Assembly: GCA_030619825.1 (NCBI GenBank)
Contig: JAUXAS010000017.1
Coordinates: 1-15,088 of the forward strand
Length of the DNA stretch: 15,088 bases
Direction of reading: 5' to 3'
DNA from: Hadesarchaea archaeon
GTDB lineage: Archaea > Hadarchaeota > Hadarchaeia > Hadarchaeales > Hadarchaeaceae
Part shown: in pieces, positions 7,177 to 15,088 of the stretch
Numbering within the stretch: position 1 is the first letter of the stretch
How the letters are laid out: every line of letters begins with the position of its first letter
Position numbers and translations under genes: made by a program
The notes under the pieces: generated by a model
What the model saw: only the letters and a program-made list of their open reading frames with translations
The model's database searches: none
What the model was told of the DNA's origin: nothing

Positions 7177-9081
7177 CTACGGCAACTTTCTGAGTTTGGC
7201 CAATTGCTTTGCAACACCTTCGAGGCCGAGCGCTCTGAGGCGCGAACGTGGTATCCAGCCCGTCTTTCGATCCCAGCCTCGAAGTTTGTAGTACTGCTGA
7301 AGCATGTAGTCGAGCTCGACCACGTGCCCCTTGCAGGGACCCGCGGGGGCCGGCTCCTTGATCAAGCGCTCGGGCAAGCGATCGTCCTTGGCGGTGACTC
7401 CCTCTCGAATGTCGAATGCCCGCTCGAGCGTGAAGATTCTCTCACCAATCGTGCGAAGGTCTCGTTCGGTGTAGCGGACACCAGTCGCTGCCGTCAACGC
7501 CGCAGCGAAATCGGCGAAGTAAAACGCCGGGGGCCAGACCGCACCAAACTTGCAGGCTACCAGCGAGTCGACCACCGCGCAAAAGTTCTCCCCATCTCGT
7601 ACCATAAGCGCCTTGTGCTTGGGGTTGAGTCTATCGGCGGCCTCCGGCATCACCTTCTTGCCGAAGCGCTTCTCGATTTCTTCCACGAACCCGACTTCAC
7701 TCAGCACCTCGAATGATGTCAGGTGGTCCGCCCCGCGGTTCGCCGTGGCGTGAGAGAGTCCCATCGATTTCTGCGCCCGCCCGTCCTGCGCCGGCTCGTC
7801 CATCCCCTTCACGACCATCGTGAACCGTTCTGCCTCCTTGCCGAACCCCTTCGCGAACCTAGCGGTCCCCTCGGCGAGCTTTGCGCCGAAGCCCTCGCGC
7901 CTGGCGATTTTCTCGATACACTCGATGATCGCATCGGCATTTCCCCACCTCAGTTCGATGCCGTCGGTCTCGCGCTTAGTCAGCAGGCCGCGCTCGTAGC
8001 ACTCCATCGCGAAGGCAATCACGCCGCCGCACGATATCGTGTCGATGCCGTAGAGGTTACAGAGCCTGTTCGCGTGGAGGAGCTTTTCGAGGTCGGCGTT
8101 CCCGCAGCGCCCGCCCAGACTCGACAGCGTCTCGTATTCGATTTTACCCTCAGAGGGAAGCCCGCCCGGTGTTCGCACGAAGTTCTCGCAGCGCAGCGGG
8201 CAGGAGAAGCACGCGCGGTCCTTGACCTTGAACTCGCGAACTATCCGCTCGCCACCGATCTGCGCCGCGTGCTCGAAGACCCCGCTCTGGAAGTTGCGAG
8301 TGGGAAAGCGCCCAATCTCGCTCATGAGCTCGACCAAGATAGTCGTGCCGTATTTGGTTGTTGATGCCGAGAACTTATGTCGGAGCAGCCCCTCACGTGC
8401 CGCATCCGCGAGGCGTTCGAACCGCTCTATATCCGCGATCTCGAGATCCAGACTGCCCCTAACTGCCACTGCCTTCAGGCGCTTGGAACCCATCACCGCA
8501 CCCAACCCAGTGCGTGCGGCGGCGCGGTAGTTGGTCATTATGCACGAGAAACGGACGAGGTTCTCGCCAGCTTGGCCGATGGAGGCGACCTGAGCATCTC
8601 CTCCGTGCTTTTCCTTCAACGCGGCCTCGGTTTCCAGAGCCGAGCGACCCCAGAGCTGCTTAGCATCCCTGAGCTCGGCCTCGCCATCCTCGACGAAAAG
8701 GTAAGCGGGTTTGGGTGAACGTCCCCGGACGATGATCGCATCGAACCCAGCGTACTTGAGCTCAGCCCCCCAGTGCCCACCCGAGTTGGCCTCGCCGTAG
8801 AGTCCGGTCAGCGGGGACTTCGCGGCAACTTCGTATCGGCCAGTTTGGGGCCAGAACGTGCCCGAAAGGGGGCCCACCGCGAACACGAGCACATTCGCCG
8901 GGCCAAGGGGATTCGTCTTGGGTTTGATGAGGTCGAACAACAGCCTAGCGCAAAAACCATTGCCCCCGATGTAACTCCTCGCGAGCTCCTCCGGCAGCTC
9001 CTGGACAACCGCCTTCCCACGGGTTAAATCAACTTGAAGCAAGCGCCCAGCGTAACCACCCAAGGGGAACTTCCCAACCAA
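7177..9081 (-). CDS. aor: Aldehyde:ferredoxin oxidoreductase family tungstoenzyme
   Basis: KSPLTG, NSGG, AARTGLGAVMGSKRLKAV, CFSCPLRC plus a distal Cys (LVACKF) for the [4Fe-4S] cluster, EYETL, GIDTIS, NRGADH, DDRLPER, YYKLRGWD. GAGGTGG RBS before the TTG. Subfamily and substrate not assignable. Confidence 0.96.
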   Translation of the reverse strand: MVGKFPLGGYAGRLLQVDLTRGKAVVQELPEELARSYIGGNGFCARLLFDLIKPKTNPLGPANVLVFAVGPLSGTFWPQTGRYEVAAKSPLTGLYGEANSGGHWGAELKYAGFDAIIVRGRSPKPAYLFVEDGEAELRDAKQLWGRSALETEAALKEKHGGDAQVASIGQAGENLVRFSCIMTNYRAAARTGLGAVMGSKRLKAVAVRGSLDLEIADIERFERLADAAREGLLRHKFSASTTKYGTTILVELMSEIGRFPTRNFQSGVFEHAAQIGGERIVREFKVKDRACFSCPLRCENFVRTPGGLPSEGKIEYETLSSLGGRCGNADLEKLLHANRLCNLYGIDTISCGGVIAFAMECYERGLLTKRETDGIELRWGNADAIIECIEKIARREGFGAKLAEGTARFAKGFGKEAERFTMVVKGMDEPAQDGRAQKSMGLSHATANRGADHLTSFEVLSEVGFVEEIEKRFGKKVMPEAADRLNPKHKALMVRDGENFCAVVDSLVACKFGAVWPPAFYFADFAAALTAATGVRYTERDLRTIGERIFTLERAFDIREGVTAKDDRLPERLIKEPAPAGPCKGHVVELDYMLQQYYKLRGWDRKTGWIPRSRLRALGLEGVAKQLAKLRKLP

Positions 9082-9109
9082 GATACCACCTCGAAAAAAT
9101 AGGTGTTGA

Positions 9110-9117
9110 TAAATAAA
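9110..9117 (-). promoter_or_regulatory. Putative TATA box for aor; adjacent T-runs may also terminate glnA
   Basis: Minus strand reads CAGAACCTTTTTTATTTATC in the 51-bp glnA-aor gap. Confidence 0.5.
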
Positions 9118-9132
9118 AAAGGTTCTGAACTG

Positions 9133-10458
9133 TCAAAGCGCCGGCAAAAGTGTCTTTATCTCCCAATCGCTGACTTGGGCCCTGTAGCTGTTCCACTCCT
9201 GCCCCTTGATGTAGAGGAGGTGGCTGAAGAGGTGCCCCCCTAGCGCCTCTCGCACCAGGCTGCTTTGCCGCATGCATTCGAGCGCCTCCCCCAAATTCTC
9301 CGGAAGCGACCCGATGCCCAAGGCCTCCCGCTCCTCGGGGCTCATGCGGAATATATCTTTCTCGACGGGCTCGGGAGGGTCTATTTTGTCCTCGATGCCC
9401 TTGAACCCGGCCGCGAGCATGGCGGCGAACTGCAGGTAGGGGTTTCCCGCGGGGTCGGGGTTGCGGAGCTCGATGCGCGTGCTTGCGCCCCTCCCGGCCG
9501 GCACCCGGATGAAGGCGCTGCGGTTGCGGTTGGCCCAAGAGATGTAAACGGGCGCCTCGTATCCAGGGACCAAGCGCTTGTACGAGTTGACCGAGGAGGC
9601 CAAAATCGCGCACGTTTCGCGCGCGTGTTTGAGCAGCCCCCCGATGAAGTAGAGCGCGTTCTTGCTCAGCTTGTACGAACCCTTCGGGTCGTAGAATACA
9701 CTTTTTCCCTGGGGGGTCATCAGCGACTGGTGGGTATGCATCCCACTCCCAGTCACCCCGAAAATAGGCTTGGGCATGAAGGTCGCGTAGAGCCCATGTT
9801 TGTAAGCAATGGTTTTGGTAGCGTATTTCATCATCGCGACGCGGTCGGCGGAGGTGAGGGCATCGGCGTACTTCAGGTCTATCTCGTGTTGCCCGGGGGC
9901 TACCTCGTGGTGCGAGGCCTCGACATCGAACCCCATCGCGTCCAGATAGGTGACGATTTCCTTTCGAACGTTGTCGCCCCGATCGCGCATCAGGTCGAAA
10001 TATCCACCGTAATCTGAAGGTTTGGTCGTGGGGTCGCCCTTTTCGTCCGGCATGAAGAAGAAGAACTCGTACTCAGGGGCGGTGTTGAAGATCCAGCCCT
10101 TCTTCTTGGCGCGCTCCATCAAACGCTCGAGAGCCGCGCGCGGGTCACCCTCGAACCGATTTCCCTCGTGATCGTAGACGTCGCACACGATGCGGGCGGT
10201 TCTCATCGCATCCTGAGTCCAGGGGATCACGACGAATGTATCTGGGTCGGGCTTGAGGCGCATATCCGACTCCTCGATCGTGGCGTAGCCGAGGACCGAG
10301 GACCCATCGAAAAACACGCCCTCCTCAAGGGCATCATCAAGCTTTGCGGCGGGGATGGTGACATTTTTGACCGTGCCGAGGATGTCCATGAACTGCATCT
10401 GGATAAATTTTATGTCTTCTTTCTTCACCGTCTGTATTATCTCTGATTTTGATACCAT
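9133..10458 (-). CDS. glnA: Glutamine synthetase type I
   Basis: FDGSS, ESDM, PEYEFF, HHEVAPGQHEID, ATFMPKP, GSGMHTHQS, NSYKRLVPGYEAP, NRSAFIRVP, RIELRNPD, NPYL. ATG at 10458 gives 441 aa and fits the TATA position. Confidence 0.97.
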   Translation of the reverse strand: MVSKSEIIQTVKKEDIKFIQMQFMDILGTVKNVTIPAAKLDDALEEGVFFDGSSVLGYATIEESDMRLKPDPDTFVVIPWTQDAMRTARIVCDVYDHEGNRFEGDPRAALERLMERAKKKGWIFNTAPEYEFFFFMPDEKGDPTTKPSDYGGYFDLMRDRGDNVRKEIVTYLDAMGFDVEASHHEVAPGQHEIDLKYADALTSADRVAMMKYATKTIAYKHGLYATFMPKPIFGVTGSGMHTHQSLMTPQGKSVFYDPKGSYKLSKNALYFIGGLLKHARETCAILASSVNSYKRLVPGYEAPVYISWANRNRSAFIRVPAGRGASTRIELRNPDPAGNPYLQFAAMLAAGFKGIEDKIDPPEPVEKDIFRMSPEEREALGIGSLPENLGEALECMRQSSLVREALGGHLFSHLLYIKGQEWNSYRAQVSDWEIKTLLPAL

Positions 10459-10488
10459 CTCGCTCCCCACCCACATCCTCACGCGTTG

Positions 10489-10525
10489 GATTTAAACTTT
10501 AAGGCGATTGTATAGTGCACCATAC
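10489..10525 (-). promoter_or_regulatory. glnA TATA box (10489-10496) and upstream near-palindrome (10510-10525)
   Basis: Minus-strand TTTAAATC; GTATAGTGCACCATAC is self-complementary at 14 of 16 positions. Confidence 0.5.
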
Positions 10526-10629
10526 TTTTCTAAAACCTCAGCCCTGATGAGTTCAAATCTAGCATGATGCGTTCTCAATCCTGTAAGCTCGCGACTTGGT
10601 TTTTTATGATTTAAATAATAACTAAAATC

Positions 10630-11049
10630 ATGCCTAAACCTGAGAAGAAGAAGTGGTGGGATGAAAAATGGTATTGGGCGTTTTGTATTATTTCAGCACC
10701 TTTCTGGGTCTTCTTAGTCGATTATCTGATTTCTGGAAGCATACATTTAGCCAGAGATATACCCATGGCAGTAATGCTTCCTATAGGGGTTTTGGTTGCA
10801 TATTATGTTCGCTATCATGCACGTGGCGCTGCACAGATTCATTTATTTAAAATGCTTGCTATTGGGGGCGGGGCATCATTAGGATTTTTTATCGGAATTT
10901 TTTTATCAATAGGTTTAGGCTTTCTCAAGCGTCCATTCCCCCTTGCTGATCTTCTAATTGCGTTTTTGATCATAATTGTTTCAATCGCGGCTTGCGCCAT
11001 AATCGCTGACATTGTAATGAAACGCAGGGGCTACCTCCCTTTTGCGTAA
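10630..11049 (+). CDS. Hypothetical four-TM membrane protein, AT-rich
   Basis: 139 aa, four hydrophobic segments, basic termini; fills the gap between glnA and the platform gene; AT-rich TATA-like sequence upstream. Confidence 0.8.
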   Translation: MPKPEKKKWWDEKWYWAFCIISAPFWVFLVDYLISGSIHLARDIPMAVMLPIGVLVAYYVRYHARGAAQIHLFKMLAIGGGASLGFFIGIFLSIGLGFLKRPFPLADLLIAFLIIIVSIAACAIIADIVMKRRGYLPFA

Positions 11050-11058
11050 CAGCAGCTC

Positions 11059-13038
11059 TCAGCCCGCCCTGATGAGGCCGAATCCTAGATAGGCTGCAGT
11101 GAAAACTATTGCGGTAATCATGACAGTTTTACCCATCGTCGCCCAAAGCTCTACTTTATCGTTGCCAGCGCTTATCACCGAGATGTAGCGTGCCATCACC
11201 GCGGCGAGGGCTATCGCCGTCAGGCCCATCACGAGCTTCAGGAGAACTAGTTCGCTGGCCTCCATCGCGCCAAGTAGGAAGGGCAGGTTCGTCAATCCAG
11301 CACCCGCAGCCTCTCTCGCCATGGTGAACGAAACGCCCGACATGAACTCCATCACCCAGACCGACATCGCGCAGACGATTGGGAGGAGCACCACGGTGAC
11401 CAGCCACAGATTTCCCATCGCCTCCCCTATTCGCTCACGGAAACGGCGCTCAACCCGGTGTAGCGTCGAGATGAAGTCCGCTGCCATCATGCACGCCCGT
11501 CCCGCCGCTGTTTCCGAGCTCCGCCGGATGCGCGTGATCACGTTCAAGAAGCTTCTGATGAGGGGATTGCGGATATGTTTAGCTAGTCCTCGCCCGAAGA
11601 GCGCGCGACGCACATCTATCGCATATCTCTCGGTGCTCCCGACGATCGCTTGGAGCTGGTCCGCAACGGGCGACCCGGGCATCAGCTCAGCGGTCTCAAT
11701 CATCGCTTGACTCATCGGTTTTCCATCGATCACGCGCGAGCCTATGGTGTTGAATGCCGCTCCCCAGTCGACCGCTTTCCTTCGCTCCTCCTCTCGAAGT
11801 CTCCTCCGCTCCCTTGCGTAGAGGTGGGCGTAGGCTGCTACCGCCGCAGCCGTTGCCCAAATGAACCAAAACGCGTTCGCCCCCTGGGCGAGGAATCCCA
11901 GCACACCAGTCCCGACGCCCGCGAAGTAGAGGAAGCCAGGCCAAGCGAGGACTATGAAAATCAAGAGCGGCAGCAGCCAGAGTGGCACATCATCCCCGGA
12001 GGTCCTCGCCTTGCCACGCGACAGGCGCGGATCATCTTCTGGGATCTCGGGAGGGGGCAGGGTCATGGGCCTGAGCCTGCCCATGTAGGTGGTGAAGGCG
12101 AAAAATCCCGCCACAAGCAGGAGAGCTGCGAGCACGAAAAAGTGTAACTGGACAAAATTTGCCCCTATCGCGCCGAAGAGCGGGGAAAGACCGATAACCC
12201 CGACGATCGCGAGCGAGCCGAATACTATGAAGGCCATGGTCGGCATCACTAGTGCGTTCAAGCGCTTGTTGAGCTGGGCCTCACTGCCCTCGAGCACACG
12301 CTGCGGAGCCCGGCTCACGTCGGAGATGCGGGAAGCCTCCTCCCGAGCGCCCGTTGAGCGCAGGATGTCGAAGAGTGCCTGCCTCGTGCCCTCGTCGATC
12401 TCGCCCCAGCGATGCGCTAGCACCGTTAGCATGTGTCTGACGCTCTCGTAGCGACGGCGGGTATCGAGCTCAAGTAGCCCACGCTGAAGATCCCCTGCGA
12501 GCTCCCCCTTGCTCTCGTTGGCCGCTAGTATCGTCGCCCCGCGCAGGTCCGGCTTGTGGTAGAGGGCGAAGCTGAGCAACATTATCGTGTGGATTGCCTC
12601 CCCTTGAGCCTCGCTCCGCTTTATCCCAGCCAGGCTTGGGGGGTAGAGATAGAAGATCATCCCCAAGGCACAGCCTAGCACCAAGCCCAACACGGGGAGC
12701 CACCAAAGGGCGAGCAGATCGGACCCAGTCAGCCCCATCAACAACCAAGCGAAAACGTTCACGAGCACGGGGATACTGGTGGTGAGGAAAAAGCCGGCCC
12801 AATACTCGCTGGGCGATATTTGAATCTTCGCCTGCCCCAACTCACGCTTGGTGCTCTCGGTAACCTTCATCCCACGCGTGATGCCGCCGAAGACTTTGTT
12901 GCCCAACTTGCACAGGCGCTCATAAAAAGAGGGTGAGCGCTCCTCTGCCTGCTTGAGGCGCTCCAAGATCTCCCGCACATCCTCGCTCACGTGAAGCCAT
13001 TCCTCGACCTTCAGTGGGCTTTCAGCCAACTTTGCCAC
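11059..13038 (-). CDS. Type IV pilus/T2SS platform membrane protein (TadB/TadC/ArlJ-like, two-domain)
   Basis: 659 aa with two cytoplasmic helical domains each followed by TM clusters; overlaps the 3' end of the secretion ATPase gene, the usual archaeal arrangement. Confidence 0.8.
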   Translation of the reverse strand: MAKLAESPLKVEEWLHVSEDVREILERLKQAEERSPSFYERLCKLGNKVFGGITRGMKVTESTKRELGQAKIQISPSEYWAGFFLTTSIPVLVNVFAWLLMGLTGSDLLALWWLPVLGLVLGCALGMIFYLYPPSLAGIKRSEAQGEAIHTIMLLSFALYHKPDLRGATILAANESKGELAGDLQRGLLELDTRRRYESVRHMLTVLAHRWGEIDEGTRQALFDILRSTGAREEASRISDVSRAPQRVLEGSEAQLNKRLNALVMPTMAFIVFGSLAIVGVIGLSPLFGAIGANFVQLHFFVLAALLLVAGFFAFTTYMGRLRPMTLPPPEIPEDDPRLSRGKARTSGDDVPLWLLPLLIFIVLAWPGFLYFAGVGTGVLGFLAQGANAFWFIWATAAAVAAYAHLYARERRRLREEERRKAVDWGAAFNTIGSRVIDGKPMSQAMIETAELMPGSPVADQLQAIVGSTERYAIDVRRALFGRGLAKHIRNPLIRSFLNVITRIRRSSETAAGRACMMAADFISTLHRVERRFRERIGEAMGNLWLVTVVLLPIVCAMSVWVMEFMSGVSFTMAREAAGAGLTNLPFLLGAMEASELVLLKLVMGLTAIALAAVMARYISVISAGNDKVELWATMGKTVMITAIVFTAAYLGFGLIRAG

Positions 13039-15088
13039 CCATCTAGAACGCGCCCGTATTCTGGAGCGTTTTCCTTGACAAGCGTGAAATAAACGTCATA
13101 GGCGCGGCTCACAAAGGGAAGCTCGAGATAGCTCGCGTCGCCGGTGCGTCTGGCCAAACCAAGTAAGTCGGACTTCATCTTGGCCTCCGCGAGAATACCC
13201 TTGAGGAAATCTCGCTCATTTATTGCGAACCGCTTGCACATCGTGGGCACGAGCTGGCTTCCGCCCCTTTCGGGTGGCAAGAAGTCCAATCGCTTAGCAG
13301 CATCTAAGATGTTGAGTCTCGAAAGATCGAAGGAGTTCAAGCGCTCGAGGAGGCGCCTGTCACCGCGAAGGAAATTTTTTGGCACGAGCAAATCGCGCCT
13401 GCGGTCGTCGGCGAAAAGCTCGGCATACCCCGGCTTTTCCTCCCAATCCTTAAGCACCTCGGCCACCTCTGTCACCCGTCTGATGGTGCCGCTAGGTGTG
13501 GAAAAGCGAGCAGTGCTGACAATGAGATCAACATATTTGTAGGCTGCCTCATGCAACCCCATGATGCGGCAAACCAGATCAAACATCTCGCGCTTCGAGC
13601 GGGCGTGAAAGCTGCTCACGATCGGCTGACTTCCCTGTCGCGCTGCTGCCGACAAGGCCGCCCGAACCGCTTCCATCACCCTCACCTCCGTGATGAGCCA
13701 GTATGCCGCGCCCCCTCGAAGGAAGGCATCGATCTGGCGCTGGAGCTGCTCGGCGTCGGCAATTCGCACGTTCTCAATCGAATAACCGTGTGCAACGAAC
13801 TCCTCGAGGTGGAGCTCCTCCGTATCCTGAAATGCTATGATGCGTTGGTGGGGGCCTATCTCGGGCACGAGCGTCTCGACCTCGCTGGTCTTCGCGCTCC
13901 CCATCTCACCTATGATAAAAGCAGAAGCACCTCGCCGGACGAGGTTGCTCACGAGCGAGCTAGCGAGGGGCGTAAGCGTGCCCCGCTCGAGGAAGAGTGG
14001 CTGGGTCCAGGCTCGGCGGCGGCGCTTCCTGACCGATACCGCAATGCTCCTCGACCATATCGCCGGGTACCGACTCAAAAACAATCGCATCCCAAGCTCG
14101 GGAATTTCAATGTCCAACTGTGGGCGAACTTCGTCGAACGACGTCGCGAGGCGGGAAGCAAGAGTTTCCCCAAATCCCAATAACGCCGGCGTCGTCCAAT
14201 GGATACCGGTCTCGCACATATCCCAACGTTCGTGGACAACCCGAATCGACTGAAGCTCGGGCGGTGCGGGGATGTAGATGTCGGTGAGCTTGTCGTCGTA
14301 GCTGAGGGGCTCGAGCCATTGGTAGGTGAGCCAGCTCGACATTCGCTTGGCGAGCTCCCTGAGATCAGCCGAGGGGATCTTGACATCCGAGCGCTCGCGA
14401 AGGACGTGTAGCAATACATTGTACCACTCGTCGACGAACCCGGAGATTCGCGTTGGAAAAGCGAAGCGAGCGTGCCCCGGTTCTACCGTCGTCTCAAATT
14501 TATAGGCCTCGTCCAGCAGCTGAAGGTGCTCCGTGGGCATCTTAAGCTCGGGAAGGTCAAGCTCGTAAAACGGCAGCGGGCGCTCAAGTTGTTTGTAGAT
14601 CCGCACTACACCTCGCTGCTCAGGCAGCTCATAGGTTTCTAACAGTTTCAATTTGTGCTTCGGCGGGTGACAAACCCCCTCAACGAAAAATGGCACCACT
14701 CGCGCCTCAAAAACCTCGTCGTAATTCGTTCCGCTAGCTTTTTGGATGGCTGTAATGTTTTTCATCCCTGCTCTTGCGCTCGCGAGGAGTTTTAGAAAAT
14801 AGCGCTCGGTGCATTTCGCGCATTCACCCTTGAGCCCACCGTATTTTTTTACCAGTTCCTGAATCGGTGAAAAATCGTGCGGTGCTTTCAACAGCCTTTT
14901 CCATCGCTCAGTCAATTCTCCGTAACGCTTATCCACACATCCTTTACACTTGCCCCTCTCGCTTGCCGCGTAGGATGTTCGGTCAAAGACGAGTTGTTTG
15001 AGCACCGCTAGGGTCCGGGCAAGTTTCGATAGCTCGCTAGAACAGTACACGCGCTTGTAAGCCCGACGGAGGGAGACTTGATCTACCG
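13011..15088 (-). CDS. Type II/IV secretion ATPase (VirB11/CpaF/ArlI family), 5' end outside window
   Basis: Walker A-like GEMGSAKTS, Asp box FQDTEEL, Walker B-like YWLITEVR, His box SSFHA, RRVTEVAEV. Frame stays open to 15088 (VDQVSLRRAYKRVYC), so 15050 is not the true start. Confidence 0.9.
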   Translation of the reverse strand, partial: VDQVSLRRAYKRVYCSSELSKLARTLAVLKQLVFDRTSYAASERGKCKGCVDKRYGELTERWKRLLKAPHDFSPIQELVKKYGGLKGECAKCTERYFLKLLASARAGMKNITAIQKASGTNYDEVFEARVVPFFVEGVCHPPKHKLKLLETYELPEQRGVVRIYKQLERPLPFYELDLPELKMPTEHLQLLDEAYKFETTVEPGHARFAFPTRISGFVDEWYNVLLHVLRERSDVKIPSADLRELAKRMSSWLTYQWLEPLSYDDKLTDIYIPAPPELQSIRVVHERWDMCETGIHWTTPALLGFGETLASRLATSFDEVRPQLDIEIPELGMRLFLSRYPAIWSRSIAVSVRKRRRRAWTQPLFLERGTLTPLASSLVSNLVRRGASAFIIGEMGSAKTSEVETLVPEIGPHQRIIAFQDTEELHLEEFVAHGYSIENVRIADAEQLQRQIDAFLRGGAAYWLITEVRVMEAVRAALSAAARQGSQPIVSSFHARSKREMFDLVCRIMGLHEAAYKYVDLIVSTARFSTPSGTIRRVTEVAEVLKDWEEKPGYAELFADDRRRDLLVPKNFLRGDRRLLERLNSFDLSRLNILDAAKRLDFLPPERGGSQLVPTMCKRFAINERDFLKGILAEAKMKSDLLGLARRTGDASYLELPFVSRAYDVYFTLVKENAPEYGRVLDGWQSWLKAH

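Noticed and set aside
6871..7217. Minus-strand ORFs 6871-7173 and 6933-7217, and a + frame reading KKPAEKAEPSPK
   Set aside because: They overlap aor or the repeats, lack RBS and recognisable motifs, and the + frame has no start codon.
7204..10446. Long antisense or alternate-frame ORFs over aor and glnA (e.g. 7723-8364, 9265-10017, 9029-9613), and similar ones over moeA, mobB and the ATPase
   Set aside because: Shadow ORFs expected from GC-rich codon usage in well-supported genes; no motifs.
10544..10586. C/D box sRNA-like pattern (CTGATGA...CTAG...ATGATGC...CTGT)
   Set aside because: No canonical CTGA D or D' box, all boxes degenerate and guides short; cannot be supported without a target search.
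11069..11104. Hammerhead-like CTGATGAGGCCGAA...GAAA
   Set aside because: Stem II does not close next to GAAA, and the sequence is explained by antisense codons of the platform gene's C-terminus.

Overview
Archaeal genomic window: TATA-box (TTTAAATA) promoters, GGAGGT/GAGGTG ribosome-binding sites, and archaeal-type MoaA and MobB-FeS. An uncultured GC-rich euryarchaeal-like lineage such as Hadarchaeales is a guess only. Core genes are a minus-strand pterin-cofactor operon (moeA-mobB-moaA, moaA running off the window), a tungsten-type aldehyde:ferredoxin oxidoreductase, type I glutamine synthetase, and a type IV pilus-like secretion ATPase (partial, deviant Walker motifs) with its platform membrane protein; three pilin-like proteins lie 6-8 kb away. 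An AT-rich accessory segment (~4860-6930) holds an ICMT/PEMT-family methyltransferase, a frameshifted remnant of a paralog, a small membrane protein, and a GNAT-YoaP gene broken by one in-frame TGA. The two best leads are (1) an unassigned ~215-nt GC-rich structured RNA candidate at 6960-7176, with its own TATA box, a perfect 12-bp terminal helix and a short U-tract, and (2) ~35-bp direct repeats made of ~19-bp-periodic TGTGCA units that bracket the GNAT-YoaP gene like a one-gene cassette. All calls are from manual reading; no searches were run and GC statements are by eye.
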